NCBI GenBank assembly: GCA_965645245.1
Contig: OZ287067.1
Span: 3,038,001 to 3,102,000, forward strand
DNA from: Massalongia carnosa
Lineage: Eukaryota
DNA: 64,000 nt
Direction of reading: 5' to 3'
Below are positions 51,033 to 64,000 of this stretch, piece by piece. The notes beneath the pieces were generated by a model. That model was given only the letters and a program-made list of their open reading frames with translations, was not told the origin of the DNA and did not search any database. Each line of letters opens with the position of its first letter. Position 1 is the stretch's first letter. Position numbers and translations under genes: made by a program.

Positions 51033-51914
51033 ATGAAGCATTTTACATCTCTCACGATCATACGGTCCCGTACCACACCGGCTTACGAGATCATCGCGTC
51101 GGCGATGGCCCTAACAGAATCACATCTCGTGGCATAGCGGACCGCCTGGGAAAGCTCGGCATCAAAATTTTCACGAGAGAGATCGAGCGTGTGGACACTT
51201 TCGAGGGCGAAATTGGCCGCAGCTTTGAAATCCTTGATCCCTAGTAGTCAGCGAAGTTATAGCTACTTCCTCCTTTCCGCTAGTTTTGTCGGGCAATTGC
51301 ATGGCTAGCGTAGGTGTTGCATGTGGGCTCGGGCCGAAAGATCTCGGGTATATATACTTCGATGCACACGACGACCTTCACACTCCAAGCACGCTCAACT
51401 ACGGCTATTTCGACGCCATGGGTCTCCCGATTCTAGCCGGGAAAGCTTCCACGCTGTTGCGGCGACTATCCCTGGGTTCCAGACAATAAATTACGACAAG
51501 CATTTCCTTTTCTGTGGTCTAAGGGAAAGCACCGGCGGGGAGCGTGCGCGCGTGCAGGAGTATGGGATGGATGCTATTTGGGGCTCGCCGAGCGAGAAAA
51601 CCGACTATGTCAGAGAATTGTCCGGTCGGCTGAGCAAGACATCTATCTCACCCGCACTAGTACATCTCGACCTTGACGTTTGGGACGAATCTGTGGGTAA
51701 GGTGAACGGTTTTGAGACCCCCGGAGGAATGAGCGTCGAGGACCTTGTGGGATGTATGACGGTCGTTCCGCAGAAAACAAATGCGCGCTCTCTTGTCGTT
51801 TGCTCGTTCGACCCGAATTTGGGCGACGGAGACAAGATCGCTGACATAGCCATAGGGGCTGTCGTAGCCTTCATGGAGTCTATGCTTAGGACAGGTCAGA
51901 TACGTAGCGCTTGA
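51033..51914 (+). pseudogene. Arginase/ureohydrolase-family pseudogene
   Basis: VGDGP, LSGNC, YFDAHDDLHTP, HLDLDV motifs spread over several frames; no introns evident. Confidence 0.8.
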
Positions 51915-52104
51915 AATGCCTTGAAAGGAAATATGTCTGAGCTTGAGAACGTTTCGGAAGCTTGGAATATGGCTATGCAAAGGCGCAGCGAGTTTTTATA
52001 TATCTAACACCGCTGTTCTTCACGTGTCACAAGGCACGAATAATGCGTCATAGTAGTGCAGACACTTACACGTTCTGAGTCTTCGGGATTTCAGCTCACA
52101 TCCC

Positions 52105-55100
52105 TATCGTTGAGTTAAACCAAAGCGCCCAGGTCATTACGGAGTTCACGTCGATTGTGAACGACTTTTCAGCCTCAATTCCAGAACAACTCCTGCAGGC
52201 CGGAAGTCGAAGCTTAGCTCGTGTTCGCCAACGACTTGGTCTTGGAGCTGCAATGCCTTTGTCAGGAGGCCGCCCTCTAGAGCAGAAGAGCCATCGACCG
52301 GTCTTCCAAGTAGGTCAAGACCTTCCTGGCGCGTTCTCGGAGCTAGGTCCACGACACGATAATGATCACGCAAATATCTTCGACATCAAGATCCTGCCGA
52401 CTACCGAAGAAATTCAATCCCCCCGATTGGAGTACCTACCTTCGAGCAATCCTACGAAGCACCATCTTCCTGGTCTGGCGGGCTTACTCGACCGACAATT
52501 CAGACTTCTGCGTGAAGATACAGTCGGTCAACTCCGCGATGCAGTGCAAATGGAATGTAAGCGGCTTAACAAACCCCCTAATGCCCAACCGCCATCGAAG
52601 CGACAGAACAATGGCGTTCGGAATATCATCTATCACAACATCGCTCTGCTTCGACTTGAGTTCGATCGGAAGAAAGGGCTCCAGGTTGTGGCTGAGTTTG
52701 ACCAACCTCCCGCACTGGCAAAGAAGGGAGCCAAGGAGCGAGAAGAGTGGTGGAGGAATACCAAACAGCTACAGATCGATGCTTTTGTATGCCTTGTCTC
52801 TTCCACAGGTCGTGCTATCTTCTTCTCTATCTGCGATCCCACTCCGACGCCTCCGCCAAAGAGGAACACTGGTGAGGAAGAACGTGAGGTTCGATCAGCC
52901 GGATTTTGGAAGGCCTTTAATGAGCGGCCGAGTCTTTTCAAGCATGCAGACCGAGCCACGTTAATGCTAAGCCCGGTGGAGGATGATTCGGAAAATATCA
53001 CTTGGATCAACAATCACCTCGGAAAGACTCACAAGCCACGACAGTCGCTTGTCGAGTTTCCAGGAATTCTGCTACCGTCCTTCCGACCAACGCTGCAAGC
53101 ACTTCAAAAAATGAGCCGCACCCTTGATCTCCCTTTCGCTCAATTTATCGCCCCCGACACAATATACAGGAGACGTCGACATACCTGCCCCTGCGTACTC
53201 TCGCAGGCCTGGCTTTTCCTTCAATCTGGAGACCTTGGCTGGAGGAGAGCAGCTGAGACTTACACCCGGACAGCCTTTCAACGATAACACACTCCGCGAG
53301 AAATCCACACTCGATGATGCGCAGCAGCTGTCTACCATAAATGCTTTAAGAAGTTGTCTTGCGCTAATCCAAGGCCCGCCCGGCACCGGCAAGAGCTACA
53401 CCGGTGTCGCTATCATTAAGGCCTTACTGAAAAATCGCAATTCAGCTAAGCTTGGGCCAATCATTTGTGTATGCTACACAAATCACGCTCTCGACCAACT
53501 TCTCGAGCATCTGGTTGAAGACGGCGTGGAGCAGCTTATCCGTTTGGGATCGAGGTCGAAATCGGAACTCCTCCAGGACTTGAACCTCCACCACATATCG
53601 AAGGAAATCAGGCCCACAAAGATCGAAGGCCATGAGAAACATCAACTTTATGCAAAGTTAGATATCGCTCTTGATGAGATCGAGGAGCTCATGCCAGGCC
53701 TCAGGGATCCAGCTCACTGGAGTAATATCAAAGAATATCTCGAAAACCACCACTATGGCCACTTCAAACAACTTTTCGGACGTGGAGTGGACCAAGATGG
53801 ATTCCAGGAGGTACGCGGTAGGAATTTCAATATTTTGAATAGCTGGGTCAAAGGAGCACCCAAGCGCATTACTTCAACTCGTCCGATTCCGGAGCTTCTC
53901 GGTGTTATTTTAAAGGAGATGTCTGGCTCCGAGCGATTGGCTTTGCACAGGTACTGGGTCCAACAAAACACCATGGAACTCACCCGCCGTTTCCTACACG
54001 TTCTCGACTCATATCGCCACATCAATGATTCGCTCAAAAAGTGCCACCAAGAGCTAGACCTGCGTTGCCTACTTCGCGCGCACATCATCGGTGTTACAAC
54101 CACAGGCCTGGCACGAAATTTAGACATCCTCCGCCGAGTGCGAGCAAAGGTGGTGGTGTTTGAAGAGGCGGGAGAGGTATTGGAGGCACATACCCTCACC
54201 GCACTCCTGCCTTCCGTCGAGCATGCCATTCTTATTGGGGATCACGAGCAGCTAAGGCCCCAGATCAACAACTACGAGTTCCAATACGACAATCCCAGGG
54301 GTGCAAAATTCTCTTTAGATATCTCGCTTTTCGAACGACTGGTCCATCCTCAATCTGGTTATCCGCGGCTTCCTTACAGTTCGCTGGAGGTTCAGCGTCG
54401 TATGTATCCATCGATCGCGGAGCTGATTAGGTCCACGCTCTATCCTAAGCTGCAAGATCACCCATCGGTATCCACGTTTCCAGAAGTCGACGGAATGCGG
54501 AAACGTCTCTTCTGGCTCGCTCACAACAAGAGGGAAGATGCTTCCCCCTCGAATACAGCGCAGTCATTTTCCAAGACGAATACTTGGGAGGTAGAGATAA
54601 CAGCTACTCTGGTCTCCCATCTCGTCCGCCAAGGAATCTACCGGAATAAAGATATCGCGGTCCTGACTCCTTATCTGGGACAGTTGCAGAAGCTCAAACA
54701 GCGCCTACGATCTTCCTTCGCGATCGTGGTCGGTGACCGAGGTCTCGAAGATTTGGAGGCGAAGGGCTTGGAGGGTGACGGTGAAGAAGAGGCGACTGCA
54801 ACTCAAGGCAACGTTCGCAAGACAACGTTGCTGAACGCTTTGAGGATTGCTAGCGTGGACAACTTTCAGGGAGAAGAGGCGAAAGTTATCGTTATTTCAT
54901 TGGTCCGGAGCAACGATGAAAGGAAGTGTGGATTCCTAAAGACCTCGAATCGCATTAACGTCTTGCTAAGTCGCGCCCGCCACGGAATGTATATAATCGG
55001 CAACACAGACACCGCACGCCCCGTTCCTATGTGGGACAAGGTTATCACCATGCTCGAGAAGGAGGAGAACATAGGTAACGCTTTAGCGCTATGCTGCCCC

Positions 55101-57341
55101 CGACATAAAGAAACCGAAATTAAGGTGTCTGAGCCCGACGACTTCTCGATCTCGTCACCCGAAGGTGGCTGTAACAGAAAATGCATCTCACGACTTAGAT
55201 GCGGACATGCCTGTATCAATAAGTGTCACTCAGAGCCGCTGCATAATGCTGTTCGGTGCCTGGAGCGCTGCCAAAGGACGAAAACGGGCTGTGACCATCC
55301 TTGCCCGAAGTTTTGCGGAGACCCGTGCGATCTGAAATGTCAGATCCAGGTACCGAATATCGCCTTACCTTGTGGGCACGTTAATACCAGCTTGGCGTGT
55401 CACCTCGCACAGTCCCCGGAAGCTGTTCAGTGCCGAGTCTTGGTCGAAGCTGTTGTACCAGATTGTAAGCATGCTGTAAAGGTTCGTTGCTACGAATTGC
55501 CACTTGCATTAAATTACGCATGCAACGCTACATGCGGAGCCGCTCTCGGGTGTGGCCATGGCTGTAAACGTGTTTGCAATGATTGCAACCCAAGAGATAA
55601 AGACGGCCATATCGCGGACATTGGTCACGGGATCTGCATGACTCGATGTGGTAGACAGTACACCACCTGCAGCCATGCTTGTTCAGAGGAATGCCATGGG
55701 GATAGGCCATGTCAGCTATGCTTGGAGCCATGTGAGGTTCGATGCAGCCACTCTCGCTGCAGTAAGAAGTGCCACGAGCCTTGTGTTCCTTGCGTCGAGA
55801 ACTGCTCTTGGTCTTGTCCACATCGCGGCGCATGCGAATTGCCATGTGCTGTACCTTGTGACCTGCTTCCATGTTCCAAACGCTGCCCGTTGACTCTCAA
55901 CTTTGGCCACGAGTGTCCCTCCGTCTGCGGCGAGATCTGTCCAGAGCCCAGATATTGTCAAAAGTGCGCCGACAAGTCGGTAAAGGATACGATGGTTGAT
56001 TACATCATGGGATCCGCGTACGCCGAGATCGATCTAGACGACAATCCTTGTATAATGCCATCTTGTGGCCACATCCTTACTTTGGAAAGCATGGATGGCC
56101 ACATGGACATCGCAAAATACTATACTGTCTCTGAAGATCCCGGAGGTGAGAACCCGATTATTGGACTGAAGTCGAGTTCGGTTCCATTCTCGACCTCGGA
56201 GCTGAAAAACTGCCCTATGTGCCGTAGCCCTCTTCGCAACATCAACAGATACGGTCGCATAGTTCGACGAGCGTGGATCGACGAGGCGACTAAGAAATTC
56301 ATTGTTTGGGCAAACGCCCTATTTGTCCCTTTGGCATCCAGAATGGAACAGGCGGAGGCCAAATTTCGAGAGCCCGTCACTGAAAAGCCAACCTCCAAAT
56401 CTCCGCTACTTAGAAAGGCCGAGCTATCTTTCACCCTTGATAGGCTTACCCTCAAGCAAATTGAGGTCATCGGTTCTCGTGATCAACAAATAAAGATAGT
56501 TCTCAAGGCCTGCAACTCAACTGCTAGATACAAGGATATATCATGGCTCCGCAATGACATTAAAAGATTCCTCAAGGAAGTCGATGAAGCAGAACAACCC
56601 ATTAGCCGCATTCATGATCTCGTACAAGACGCCCGTAAACATCGTGGTGTCAACACCGAAATCATTGACTTGCCTTCCGTTCTTCAAGTCCACAACAGGC
56701 TCCTAGCAACAGTGTTACTCCTCCGTTGCGACTACGCCATACTCTCCGATTTCGTTACTCACGGCTGCGACATGGCTTCAGGCGGAAATCTTGGAAACGT
56801 GTGTCTCAACCTTGCCCCCAATCGAAAAGATTGCGAGAACCTAATGCAAGAGTCGCGATCCCGGCAACAACCGGCTCATGAAGTGGAGGGTCTCCTGTAC
56901 TGGGCCCGCTTCGTCGCCCTTGAGCGCAGCCGCTCTGCCAGCCTCTCGGACGCAGACACGACCACGCTCGTCGAACGCGCCCGTGACCGACTCCACCTCG
57001 CTCGCACCATCTGCAACACCAACCCGGGTCAAACAGCCGGCATGTCAGAGGAAGTGTCCGCAGCGGAGAAAATGCTGCGCGACTCGACATTCTACACGCC
57101 GGTAACGAATGTGGAGAAGGCGGCTGTGTATGCTGCCATGGCGCAGAGCTTTCAGGGTACGGGCCACTGGTACTACTGCGCCAATGGGCATCCGTTCACG
57201 GTGGGCGATTGCGGCATGCCGATGGAGACGGCCAGGTGTCCCCAGTGTGGGGCTACTGTGGGTGGGGCCCACCATCAACCTGCAGACGGGGTAAGGCGGG
57301 CAGAAGATTTAGAAGCAGAGTTTGGGAGGCGAGGGCGGTAG
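52105..57341 (+). pseudogene. ZNFX1-like (NFX1-type zinc-finger) UPF1-like SF1 helicase with C-terminal RZ finger; 5'-truncated, frameshift near 53160
   Basis: RHDNDH, QFRLLRED, IQGPPGTGKS, EEAGE, LIGDHEQL, VDNFQGEE, NVLLSRAR; CGH/CxH zinc-finger array; CPMC; WYYCANGHPFTVGDCG..CPQCGATVGG. Confidence 0.88.
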
Positions 57342-58142
57342 ATCTCGTTAGATGCTGAAGGTTTGTCAGTGGTAGAAAGCCGATGCGGCGTTCTTGTTCC
57401 AGTCAAAAAAGGGAGGGGAATCGCTAGACCGGTGTCAGAGTGCCGCGATAAGCGGGGTGGCAGTAGTAGGTCACATCAGTGTGTGGACGTCATTAAAGAG
57501 ATGACTGGGATATACAAGGAGGAGGAAGGCTGATGGAGTCGGGAACAATTCTAAACACGGCGTCACAGCGTCGAGGGCGAGAGGGAAACGCGAACGTGTA
57601 GTGTAATGTTATTCTGGATGGGTTAAGACTGGATAGAATGAACGTAATGGCCGGCCTCGTCCAGCTAGACAAAGCAAGTTATTGTTGTAGTGGTTTCTAA
57701 TCTAAAAGTAGAACCATGTGTTTCAGGCGGCGGCGGATAGGCGGCGGCGGATGACCCGATGACTCATGGAATTACTGTCGCAAGCCCTGCAAGGGTGGGC
57801 AAAGAGGTGACGGGCCACTGCATACAAAGGATTCTAGTATGGGCAACTGCTGACTGCTCATCACACCAAATGAGAGAGCCGTCGCCGACTTAGTCATCCA
57901 GCGCCAAGCCACTTCCGCCCCCCAGGCGAGTAAGTGGAGCGCCCTCGTATCTCGACATTTCGCTCCTCCAGCACTGGCCTCGGCGCTAATATAAACTCGA
58001 CCTGCTTCGTCGTCCTCTCTTCCACTCGATATGTCCCCCGACACAATCTTGCGACCCAGGGGGAACGCGCGAAAGGTTGGATTTCCCTCTTCTTTTCCCT
58101 AGCCGCCCACACTGACAGCTTTAAGAGAACAATTCTGTGGGT

Positions 58143-59791
58143 ATGCGGAAAGACCGCAAGCCTACTTCTCCCCCAAAAAACGCCAGTCCGCGACGATTAC
58201 GCTCTTCCACTACAGCAGCTACCAAATCCACTCCGTCCGCGGCATTCCAAAAGCCTTTCAACCCCCCCCAAGAGCTGATCGACCGCCCGCGGAAAGCGCA
58301 GAAGCGAAAACACGCTGCCGAAGACGAGCATTCGCAAAAGCGATTACAGAAAGATCCACCATCAGTATTAGTCCCCACTGCGGCCTCTCAAGATCTAGTC
58401 GGTGTCTGGCAGACTAAGGGAAAGAAACGATCATACGATTCTGAAGACAACTACTCATATAAGCGACGCCGAGGATCCGTGCCAGAATCCCAACTCTCCG
58501 AAGAGAATTTAAAGAAGCTTGAAAGAGATTTGGAAACGCTTGAAAGGGAGATGTCCGACAAGATGGATCCTAGTGCTACAGTCTTGGACCGAGTGCGGAA
58601 GAGAGCTCCGTCGCGGCAAGCAAGCTTTTCGGACCTAAACCAGGACACGGCATCGCTGCGCTCGCAGAAATCATCTGTTTCGAACAGCTTTTACCGCTAT
58701 CACATTCTCGACAGGCCAGAATATACGTTCGCCCTGAACCTCCTCCAATGGATATCCAAGCCCAGATGGATGTTATCTTCGAGCGTGAGATCCCCGAGAA
58801 GAGGAGGAAAGAAATCTCTGGCATAGCAAAGAAGATATCTCAAAGTTTCATTAATAACCTTCGAGGGGCCCACAGAGGGGATGATCTGGTAGAACTAATC
58901 TATGAGGCTCTCCGTATGATGCACAAGGACGAGAGTTTCGACTTTCCGAGGAAAGCAGGCATTGTACTCCCTTTGACTTCACTATGTATGTCGTTGCGCG
59001 CTAATCTTAACCTAGACTGGGACCCAAGCCTCAAGCCCGATGTTCAACAAGAAGTTTGGAACTGGGATGCTCTAGGTAAATCCAACAACGAGGCTGACGG
59101 TGTCGTTGACCGTCCTAATAAGCGACAACAGGGGGAGCGATCCTTCCCTTCTCCGGATACATCACAGTCGACTATACCGCCCCCTACAACTTTATCCCAA
59201 TTTAAACAGGATGCCGTCAAAACTCCTCGTCCGGATTTTACAATTGGTCTTCGTCACTCCACGATATCTAACGCGCTAATAAAGCGTGGGCTCAGCAAAT
59301 TCAAGGCCGACGATTTCCTGAAAGGTTTACAACGCGAACGGAAGCTTTACTCCGATCCTACGCAGAACTTCTTGAATGTCCGGTTTCCAATTTTAGTGAT
59401 TGAAGGTAAAGCATACGCTACTGGAAAGACTGTATTCGAAGCACAGAACCAAGCTGCTGTATCTGGAGGCTGTATGGTCAATCTCCGACAACAGCTCACT
59501 GATCTTTTCGAAGGCGTCTTTCCCAATCTCAGAGGCAGAAAGACACATCTTGCCTTTTCAATATGTACAGAAGGGCCCCAGATCGAATTATGGGTACATT
59601 ATGCTCTGTCGGAGGACAATGTGCGCAGCCACTATATGAACATATTTAGGACGTGCTATGGGTCTCTTCAAGGCGGGCTTGAGGACTTTCTTATGGACGT
59701 GGAGCGTCTGATGCGATGGACTAAAGATGAGTTTTTGAAAGAGGTCGCGGATCAGCTATGTAAGCTAGCAAATCATGCAGCACGAGGGTAG
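58143..59791 (+). pseudogene. Fungal PD-(D/E)XK-like nuclease-fold protein (DUF7924-like); frameshift near 58715
   Basis: TPRPDFTIGL, FPILVIEGK, EAQNQAAVSG, AFSI..ELWVHY; HILDR|ARIYV frame change; probable GC-AG intron about 58959-59015. Confidence 0.65.
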
Positions 59792-60120
59792 TGTACGCTT
59801 TTCCAAAGTATATCTGGCTCTTGCAGATGCGTCTTGTTTGGGCTACACGAGATTTATACAAATTAGATATTTACCGTCCACGCCCAGACATTTTTCAAAG
59901 TCCCCGTTGCAAGCCTATCATATAGCCCAGCCACATCATCATCGGAAATTTCATGCCTTCCAATCCTCCTCGCAGTAATGACTTGTTCTGGGCTGCAGTC
60001 AAGGTATGTCTGCCAGCAAGGGCGCGATCTCCATTGTGTTCCGTCTCATTAAGAAACCTAAAGCCGACTTGCCCTTTATCAGGCCGATTGGCTTTTCGCA
60101 TCCTCTGAGTTTCCGGTGGT

Positions 60121-60411
60121 TTAAGACTGAAAATCTGCAGGACGTCTGTGGTACTTGTGGTCGTGTATCCCCTGTCATCCTCAGTAATGGTCTGACCGTA
60201 GTAAATCAGGCGTACTCACAATTTCTCTTTCGGGAGGTGGCCAGTTCGATTCTTCCGTTGATTTAAATGTATGATATTTGTCGTCGTGCTGAACGACTAC
60301 GTATATTTTCGAGTTGGTCATCCGCGCTAACTCGTTCGCCTTCTTGAACAGATTTGTTCTTCGCTTGCGAAGCTTTTCTCGAAGAAGCCGTTCACTCTTC
60401 ACTATCGCCAT
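60121..60411 (-). CDS. Small SRF-type MADS-box protein, 2 exons
   Basis: RKRRTNLFKKANELARMTNSKIYVVV..YHTFKS..NWPP; donor after EREI; exon 2 GIHDHKYHRRPADFQS*. Confidence 0.75.
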
Positions 60412-60550
60412 GCTTGCTGAATACTATTGCGCTTTCTGGTGAGGAAGTCGATAACCTCGTGCAATGTCTTTAGGATCGTTTGCTATAGAATAATCAAGGA
60501 CTCTTGTCAAGCACTTCGGGATTGGCTGCATTATTAGAAGGTGAAGTAGA

Positions 60551-60686
60551 TGGCGGCATCCTCAACTGGCGGCATCCAGAATTGGCGGCATCCAAACATC
60601 CACAGCTGGGGGCATCCGGAATTGGCAACATCCACAACTAGCGACATCCAGAAATGGCGGCATCCAGAACTGGCAGCACCCATGGC
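60551..60686. repeat. Degenerate 16-bp tandem repeat (TGGCGGCATCCAGAAY) about 8 copies
   Basis: Read directly from the sequence. Confidence 0.8.
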
Positions 60687-61702
60687 TAGTACATGAGGAC
60701 TGGAAGCTTCGGTATATATTTCAGCAAGTTCCACTCATAATAGCAATGGTGTCAGAGTTGTCGATTGAGATAATAGTGAAGCTGACTCAAGAAACATGTG
60801 TCTTATTATCATTTTTCGACCAAGACCCTAACATCGATCGCCCTCCGCAGCTTTTTAAAAGTCCGTTGAGCAGATGGCTGCGCCGCAACTTCCCACACCT
60901 TTTCAACGATTACGACATTCTCTCCAATAAGCCGTCTCAACCTTCGCCACTCGATGTCGTTCCTACGCATGTACATACTCGGGGAAGTGAGGAATCAGGT
61001 TTTCGTGTGGCTCCCCAAGCAAATGGAAGCGCTCCTTCATACACTTCAGAGAGCTCCTTATATAAGTTAAATTAGCATCCGGTTGGACTGGGTTCTTGAT
61101 CGGTCGTTTGTTTGTCACGGTATGGGCATGGGGGGTCGGGTTGGGCATTTTTGACGACTGAGGTGTAAGGTTATATGGTTAGAAATGTTCTTGTCTACGC
61201 ACACGTCTATAGCAATGGAATCAGTTCACGTTTTATTGTTTGTCCTGAGGTACCCTAATAGTACACCTTAACTAGTTCTGTGAAACTTATAGATTATTGC
61301 ACAAAGGAGGGGCAGTAGAGGTGGAGGTGGCAATCTATTACAATGTTGAAGGACTTGAGAAAGGGAGAGTGAGAGAAGATTAACTTATTAATTAGGGCAT
61401 ATACAAAGCGAAAGCAATACCACAGAACATCGAGTTCTGGCGTTTTATATCAAAACATCTGCCAAGGCAACTTCAAGATCAGTGATATACGCACGACTCT
61501 CAGCAGCGCTCCAAAAATGGCTCTTCTAGGAGTGCTCTAGAAGTGACCCCCTCAAAATTTGGGGTTCTTATATGGGGATCAATACACAGGAAAAAATCAG
61601 CAAAAGGTCACTGTGCGGAGAGTGCTAGAACTAGTCATATACCGACTAACCTTCAAGTAAAAGAGCATTTTTACATTTGAATCATATAAGATAGCCCGAA
61701 CC

Positions 61703-62287
61703 ATGTCTGCAGTCCGGCAGATTTGGCGTTCTCTCCTGCGTAAAGACAAAAGCGTGGACAAATGGCGCTCCATCTTAACCGATCCATCATCTGCAATGTT
61801 ACTGCACCAGCAAGACAAGAAGATTAATCAGCTACAAAGCATATTGCAAGACCTGTCTATCTCCGGTCGGGAGACCTTCGCCTCCACCATAACGCTCCTT
61901 ACGACGAAGATATGCGTTGCCGAAAACGAGGATGAGCTCTCATATATTCGCACCGTTCTGGAAGTCTTCGTCCTTTACTCCATCACCACGTCAGATTTCG
62001 CCTGGATGTGTGACAGCCGCGCTGCGTACATAGGGAGACAAACCGAAATTATGTCAGAGATCAGCTTTTCTCCTAATCGAGTGCCTTGGCCTCTGGATGC
62101 TGGTTCGAGTGAAGGTTGTCTTCGATTGGCTGCGTTTCGGGAGAAGATATCGCGCCGCGAACACTGTCGTTCCGAGATCATCAAAAAGATCATCGATTTG
62201 TCAAACGCTATGCCGCTAAATCTTCCATTCCGTGACTTATACCCACGAAAGTCCATCCCACCGGCTCAATGCCGTCAGATTTGTTAA
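61703..62287 (+). CDS. Hypothetical protein
   Basis: 194-aa ATG ORF with globular composition; no domain recognised. Confidence 0.5.
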   Translation: MSAVRQIWRSLLRKDKSVDKWRSILTDPSSAMLLHQQDKKINQLQSILQDLSISGRETFASTITLLTTKICVAENEDELSYIRTVLEVFVLYSITTSDFAWMCDSRAAYIGRQTEIMSEISFSPNRVPWPLDAGSSEGCLRLAAFREKISRREHCRSEIIKKIIDLSNAMPLNLPFRDLYPRKSIPPAQCRQIC

Positions 62288-62535
62288 AAAATTAAAACCT
62301 ACTGGGTATCACTGGATTGCCATGGCTTACTGCTTTGCAATAGAGCACATGGTCTACGATCCTCCTCCAGCATATACCGATTGACAAGGTCACCCAACTT
62401 CCACTTAGCGAAAATACCCTCTCCGATAGTCCACCTTTTCATGGAATTCACGCTCGCCTGCTCAGCTTCGGCCGCGATATAATCTGTAAGCTGTCTGAAG
62501 ATCCTCGAATTCGGGAAACAGCTGTTCTAACCCTT

Positions 62536-64000
62536 TTATGTAGCTAAGGGATTACGTTGGAACCAAATATGATTAAGCAAGTCAGACGCTCGTGGACGGT
62601 CTGAAGGGCGATATTGCATTACCGATTTTAAGAGCGCACCGAGAGCATCGATATCCGCTTTGGAGAAATATTGTCTTTTGTTGTCTTCAAAGTATGTCTC
62701 GTGTAGCCAGTTACATAGAGTAATTTGCTCGGACTCGAGGACCTCTAGAAGTCGGAATTAGATATCTCATTTTGAGCTGCAAACTCGAAAGAAAAATAGG
62801 CTGATGTTGATGGCTCCATAGCAAGCCTAATGCCAAAGAGCCATGAAACCAGAAGTCGAAATTCACGTACCAGTAGCTCTCGTGGGAGGAACGTCTTCTT
62901 TCCATTCTTCTGGTAAATCTCCAAACATTGAAACCCATTCTCGTATGAGATCATCTTTTTTCGGCATGAAGTTATCGAAAGGAGGGTATCCCACGACCAG
63001 TTCGAATATCTTTACCATTTATTAGTAGAAATCTTAAAATGATATACATAAGGCGTAATACTGTACAGCCTAAGCTCCATATATCTGCTCGCAGGTCCCA
63101 ATGAGAAGTTAAGACAGCTTCAGGGGCTCGAAAGACTAGAGGGCAGCGAATTTGGCGTTGTTGTCCAAGCAGAAATGCTTCCCCGAAGTCGACAAGCTTC
63201 ACCTGACAGCTCTTGAAATCTCGTGCCACGGAAGGAGATGATATTGGGAGGACGAGGTATTTGGGGACTTCCGCGGTCAAAGAATACCCGGATAAGGCTA
63301 CTACATCGCTGATTTTGGGCTTGCCTAGAGTACGTAGGAGATCTGTGTCGGATTGATATGACGTCGTTGTGTTTGCGAAGAGGATATTACCCGGATGCAG
63401 ATCTAAGGGTGCGCGCTAATTAGCATCCAAAAGGCGAGTAAAAGGCCTCTAATAAGAGCTCAATCACAACTCACCCCCGTGTGCGATACCGTTGTCATGG
63501 ATATAAGCAAGTGCTTGTATAGTCTGCCTTGAAGCCTCCCAAGCTATTTTGCCAGGCAATCTACTACTCGAATATAACTCGGCTTCGGACAGAACACTTG
63601 GCCCAAGTGGCTCAAGAACGAGGCACTGGTGGGTACCATTGGGGCCTTCGTGTTCAAAATGGTCTAATAGCTGTATGATATGCTTCTTTCCGGGATGGCT
63701 GGCCGGTCCATACGATAAGTGCTCGAGGATTTGAACCTCGTGGTCATCATGCCATAGTTCCGACACTGATATCTTAATAGCGACGTGGCGGGATAGCCTA
63801 TTTTGTGATCAGCTTAAACTGTTCTGCGAAACCTTACGTATTTGGATAGCGCCAGCATATGCTCACAATAGGTCTGTTGCAAGCCAAACAGTTGCGTAAG
63901 CACCCCAGCCCAATTTATGTATAGTCTTGTATCTCCCGTTTTTGAATGTATCTCCCAGATGTGTTGGGTGGTATCCCCCTTTCCGATACCGCTCCAATGG
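62536..64000 (-). CDS. SRPK/CMGC-like Ser/Thr kinase, multi-exon; 5' end lies beyond the window
   Basis: YRKGGYHP..LGD, KLGWGAYATVWLA, LLDHFEHEGPNGTH, AHG|DLHPGNIL, LVDFG, FRAPE, DIWSLG, RPRASDLLNHIW. Confidence 0.88.

Larger units (their letters stand above)
41922..64000 (-). mobile_element. Putative Starship-like element B; far end not identified in the window
   Basis: 41922-42001 matches 29484-29563 with about 4 mismatches; accessory and decayed cargo follows to the window end. Confidence 0.5.

Noticed and set aside
60551..60686. CRISPR-like array
   Set aside because: Contiguous degenerate 16-bp units with no unique spacers, no cas genes, eukaryotic context

Overview
Filamentous ascomycete DNA with spliceosomal GT-AG introns and no RNA genes. 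1-29.3 kb is mostly core genes: RmlD-like reductase, condensin Ycg1/Cnd3, cysteine synthase, Trk K+ transporter, Mpp6-like zinc-knuckle protein and complex I NDUFS6 subunit. It also holds an intact pogo/Fot1 transposon, a Tc1 element with one stop, a degenerate MITE and a NACHT-ankyrin-CorA gene. From 29,484 the window is accessory DNA that looks like two giant Starship-like elements in tandem at a TA-rich target. Element A (29,484-41,909, minus orientation) has short asymmetric CCCCGAAC termini, GAGGGAGCA subterminal arrays and a probable truncated tyrosine-recombinase captain. Its cargo is an apparently intact module: caspase-like/pseudokinase fusion, DUF6594 membrane protein, kinase-ankyrin and small proteins. 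Element B starts at 41,922 with a near-identical terminus. It contains a hAT transposon that itself holds a TIR element with a RecQ helicase and a 2OG-Fe(II) oxygenase, followed by arginase, ZNFX1-like helicase, PD-(D/E)XK-like, MADS-box and SRPK-like genes, several with lesions. Family assignments come from motif recognition only; no searches were run.
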